Positions 63,275 to 64,000 of a DNA stretch of 64,000 bases are shown here, one piece after another. A program made the position numbers and the translations under genes. The notes under the pieces were generated by a model that was not told the origin of the DNA, ran no database searches, and was given only the letters and a program-made list of their open reading frames with translations. How positions within the stretch are numbered: the first letter of the stretch is position 1; every line of letters starts with the position of its first letter. Source of the DNA: Amoebidium appalachense (Eukaryota; Protista; Ichthyosporea); contig CAVNZM010000016.1 in the NCBI GenBank assembly GCA_963693365.1, positions 3,127,957 through 3,191,956 on the forward strand, written 5' to 3'.

Positions 63275-63659
63275 CCTGGGGAAATCCTGTTATCATGTTT
63301 TTAACGCCCACCCAAACACAGACCACCACCCAGCCCCCCTCCAATTCTCCCCGCTACCCACCGGCGCCCCCACCACCCCTGTGCTTGGTGGCCCCCCAAC
63401 GCCCACCCAGCAAAACTGCACGGCTGATGCCACTTGGACATCTGCAGCAAATTTGAGTACCCAGCCGGCAGCACACACGATAACAACGGTAAGCGTTTCT
63501 ATTCAACTCTTGATATGTGTGGTTGGGAGCTTTCTGACAATTGGGTAGGCTGGTTGTATCCACCGATACCATCATGCTGCTTTTTCAAAGTTTAGCGTTT
63601 TTTTTCTTCTTTTTTGTTTCGATGATTTCCCCCCGTTCAGAACGACACAAAGAATGTGA

Positions 63660-63770
63660 TTTGGCGCGAGATTTGAACCAATCAATCAAGGACTAGTCAG
63701 TCTATCGATCAATACGCTTCTTGGTTCAATTTGGTTGCTTGGGCGGTAGATTCAAGATGATGACGTCATT
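63660..63770. promoter_or_regulatory. Cell-cycle-type promoter: E2F/CDE + CHR element, CCAAT and CRE
   Basis: TTTGGCGC (63660-63667), 4-nt spacer GAGA, TTTGAA (63672-63677), CCAAT (63678-63682). A second GGCGG-TAGA-TTCAAG is near 63742 and TGACGTCA at 63761. Confidence 0.55.
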
Positions 63771-64000
63771 TTATGAGATAACGACAAGACAGACTAATAT
63801 TTGCCGGTGCATCTGATAAAAGCGCAACCAGCCTTTTTTGTTTTCACTGTGAGCCTCGTTCTATCCTTCGTTTTCAACATAGACAGAAAGAGCAATTGCT
63901 GGTTTACGCTGGTCAAAGAAGCAAAATCTGTATTGCTTCTTTTTCTGTGGTTTAAACAACTTACATACACCTTTGTTGGCCATTTTTTAGCCGAGATTCG

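Noticed and set aside
63322-63600. Exon-like block with a candidate intron 63489-63548
   Set aside because: Splice signals look plausible but the reading frame is ambiguous and no product is recognisable.

Overview
Eukaryotic, intron-rich genomic DNA packed with (CA)n/(GT)n, (GA)n and poly-C/poly-G tracts. Gene content and style suggest a unicellular opisthokont/holozoan such as an ichthyosporean; this is inference only. Almost all ORFs in the supplied track are microsatellite noise, so genes were rebuilt by hand from GT-AG exons. Genes found: (1) the 3' part of a Bub1/BubR1 (MadBub) checkpoint gene with CD1-like, ABBA and KARD motifs but a catalytically degenerate kinase domain (+, 590-7336); (2) NIPP1/PPP1R8 (-, 17223-22307); (3) a secreted Pro/Ala-rich protein with a bulb-type lectin-like domain (+, 25435-28516); (4) a head-to-head inverted pair of F-box/LRR genes with frameshifts, plus a third partial copy (32564-42565); (5) a 7-repeat RCC1 protein (-, 44987-50942) divergent from (6) a NIPA-type Mg2+ transporter (+, 51609-57987), whose last exon and 3' UTR have an orphan inverted copy at about 8.0-8.4 kb. 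There is also an aspartic-protease C-terminal fragment. Mobile DNA: three insertions of one LINE family, each with a 10-bp TSD; a 471-bp foldback element made of about 20 palindromic units with AG...CT ends and a 6-bp TSD; a Tc1/mariner-like MITE; and a probable tRNA-derived SINE. Exon coordinates are hand-derived and approximate. No database searches were run; similarity statements come from recalled motifs.
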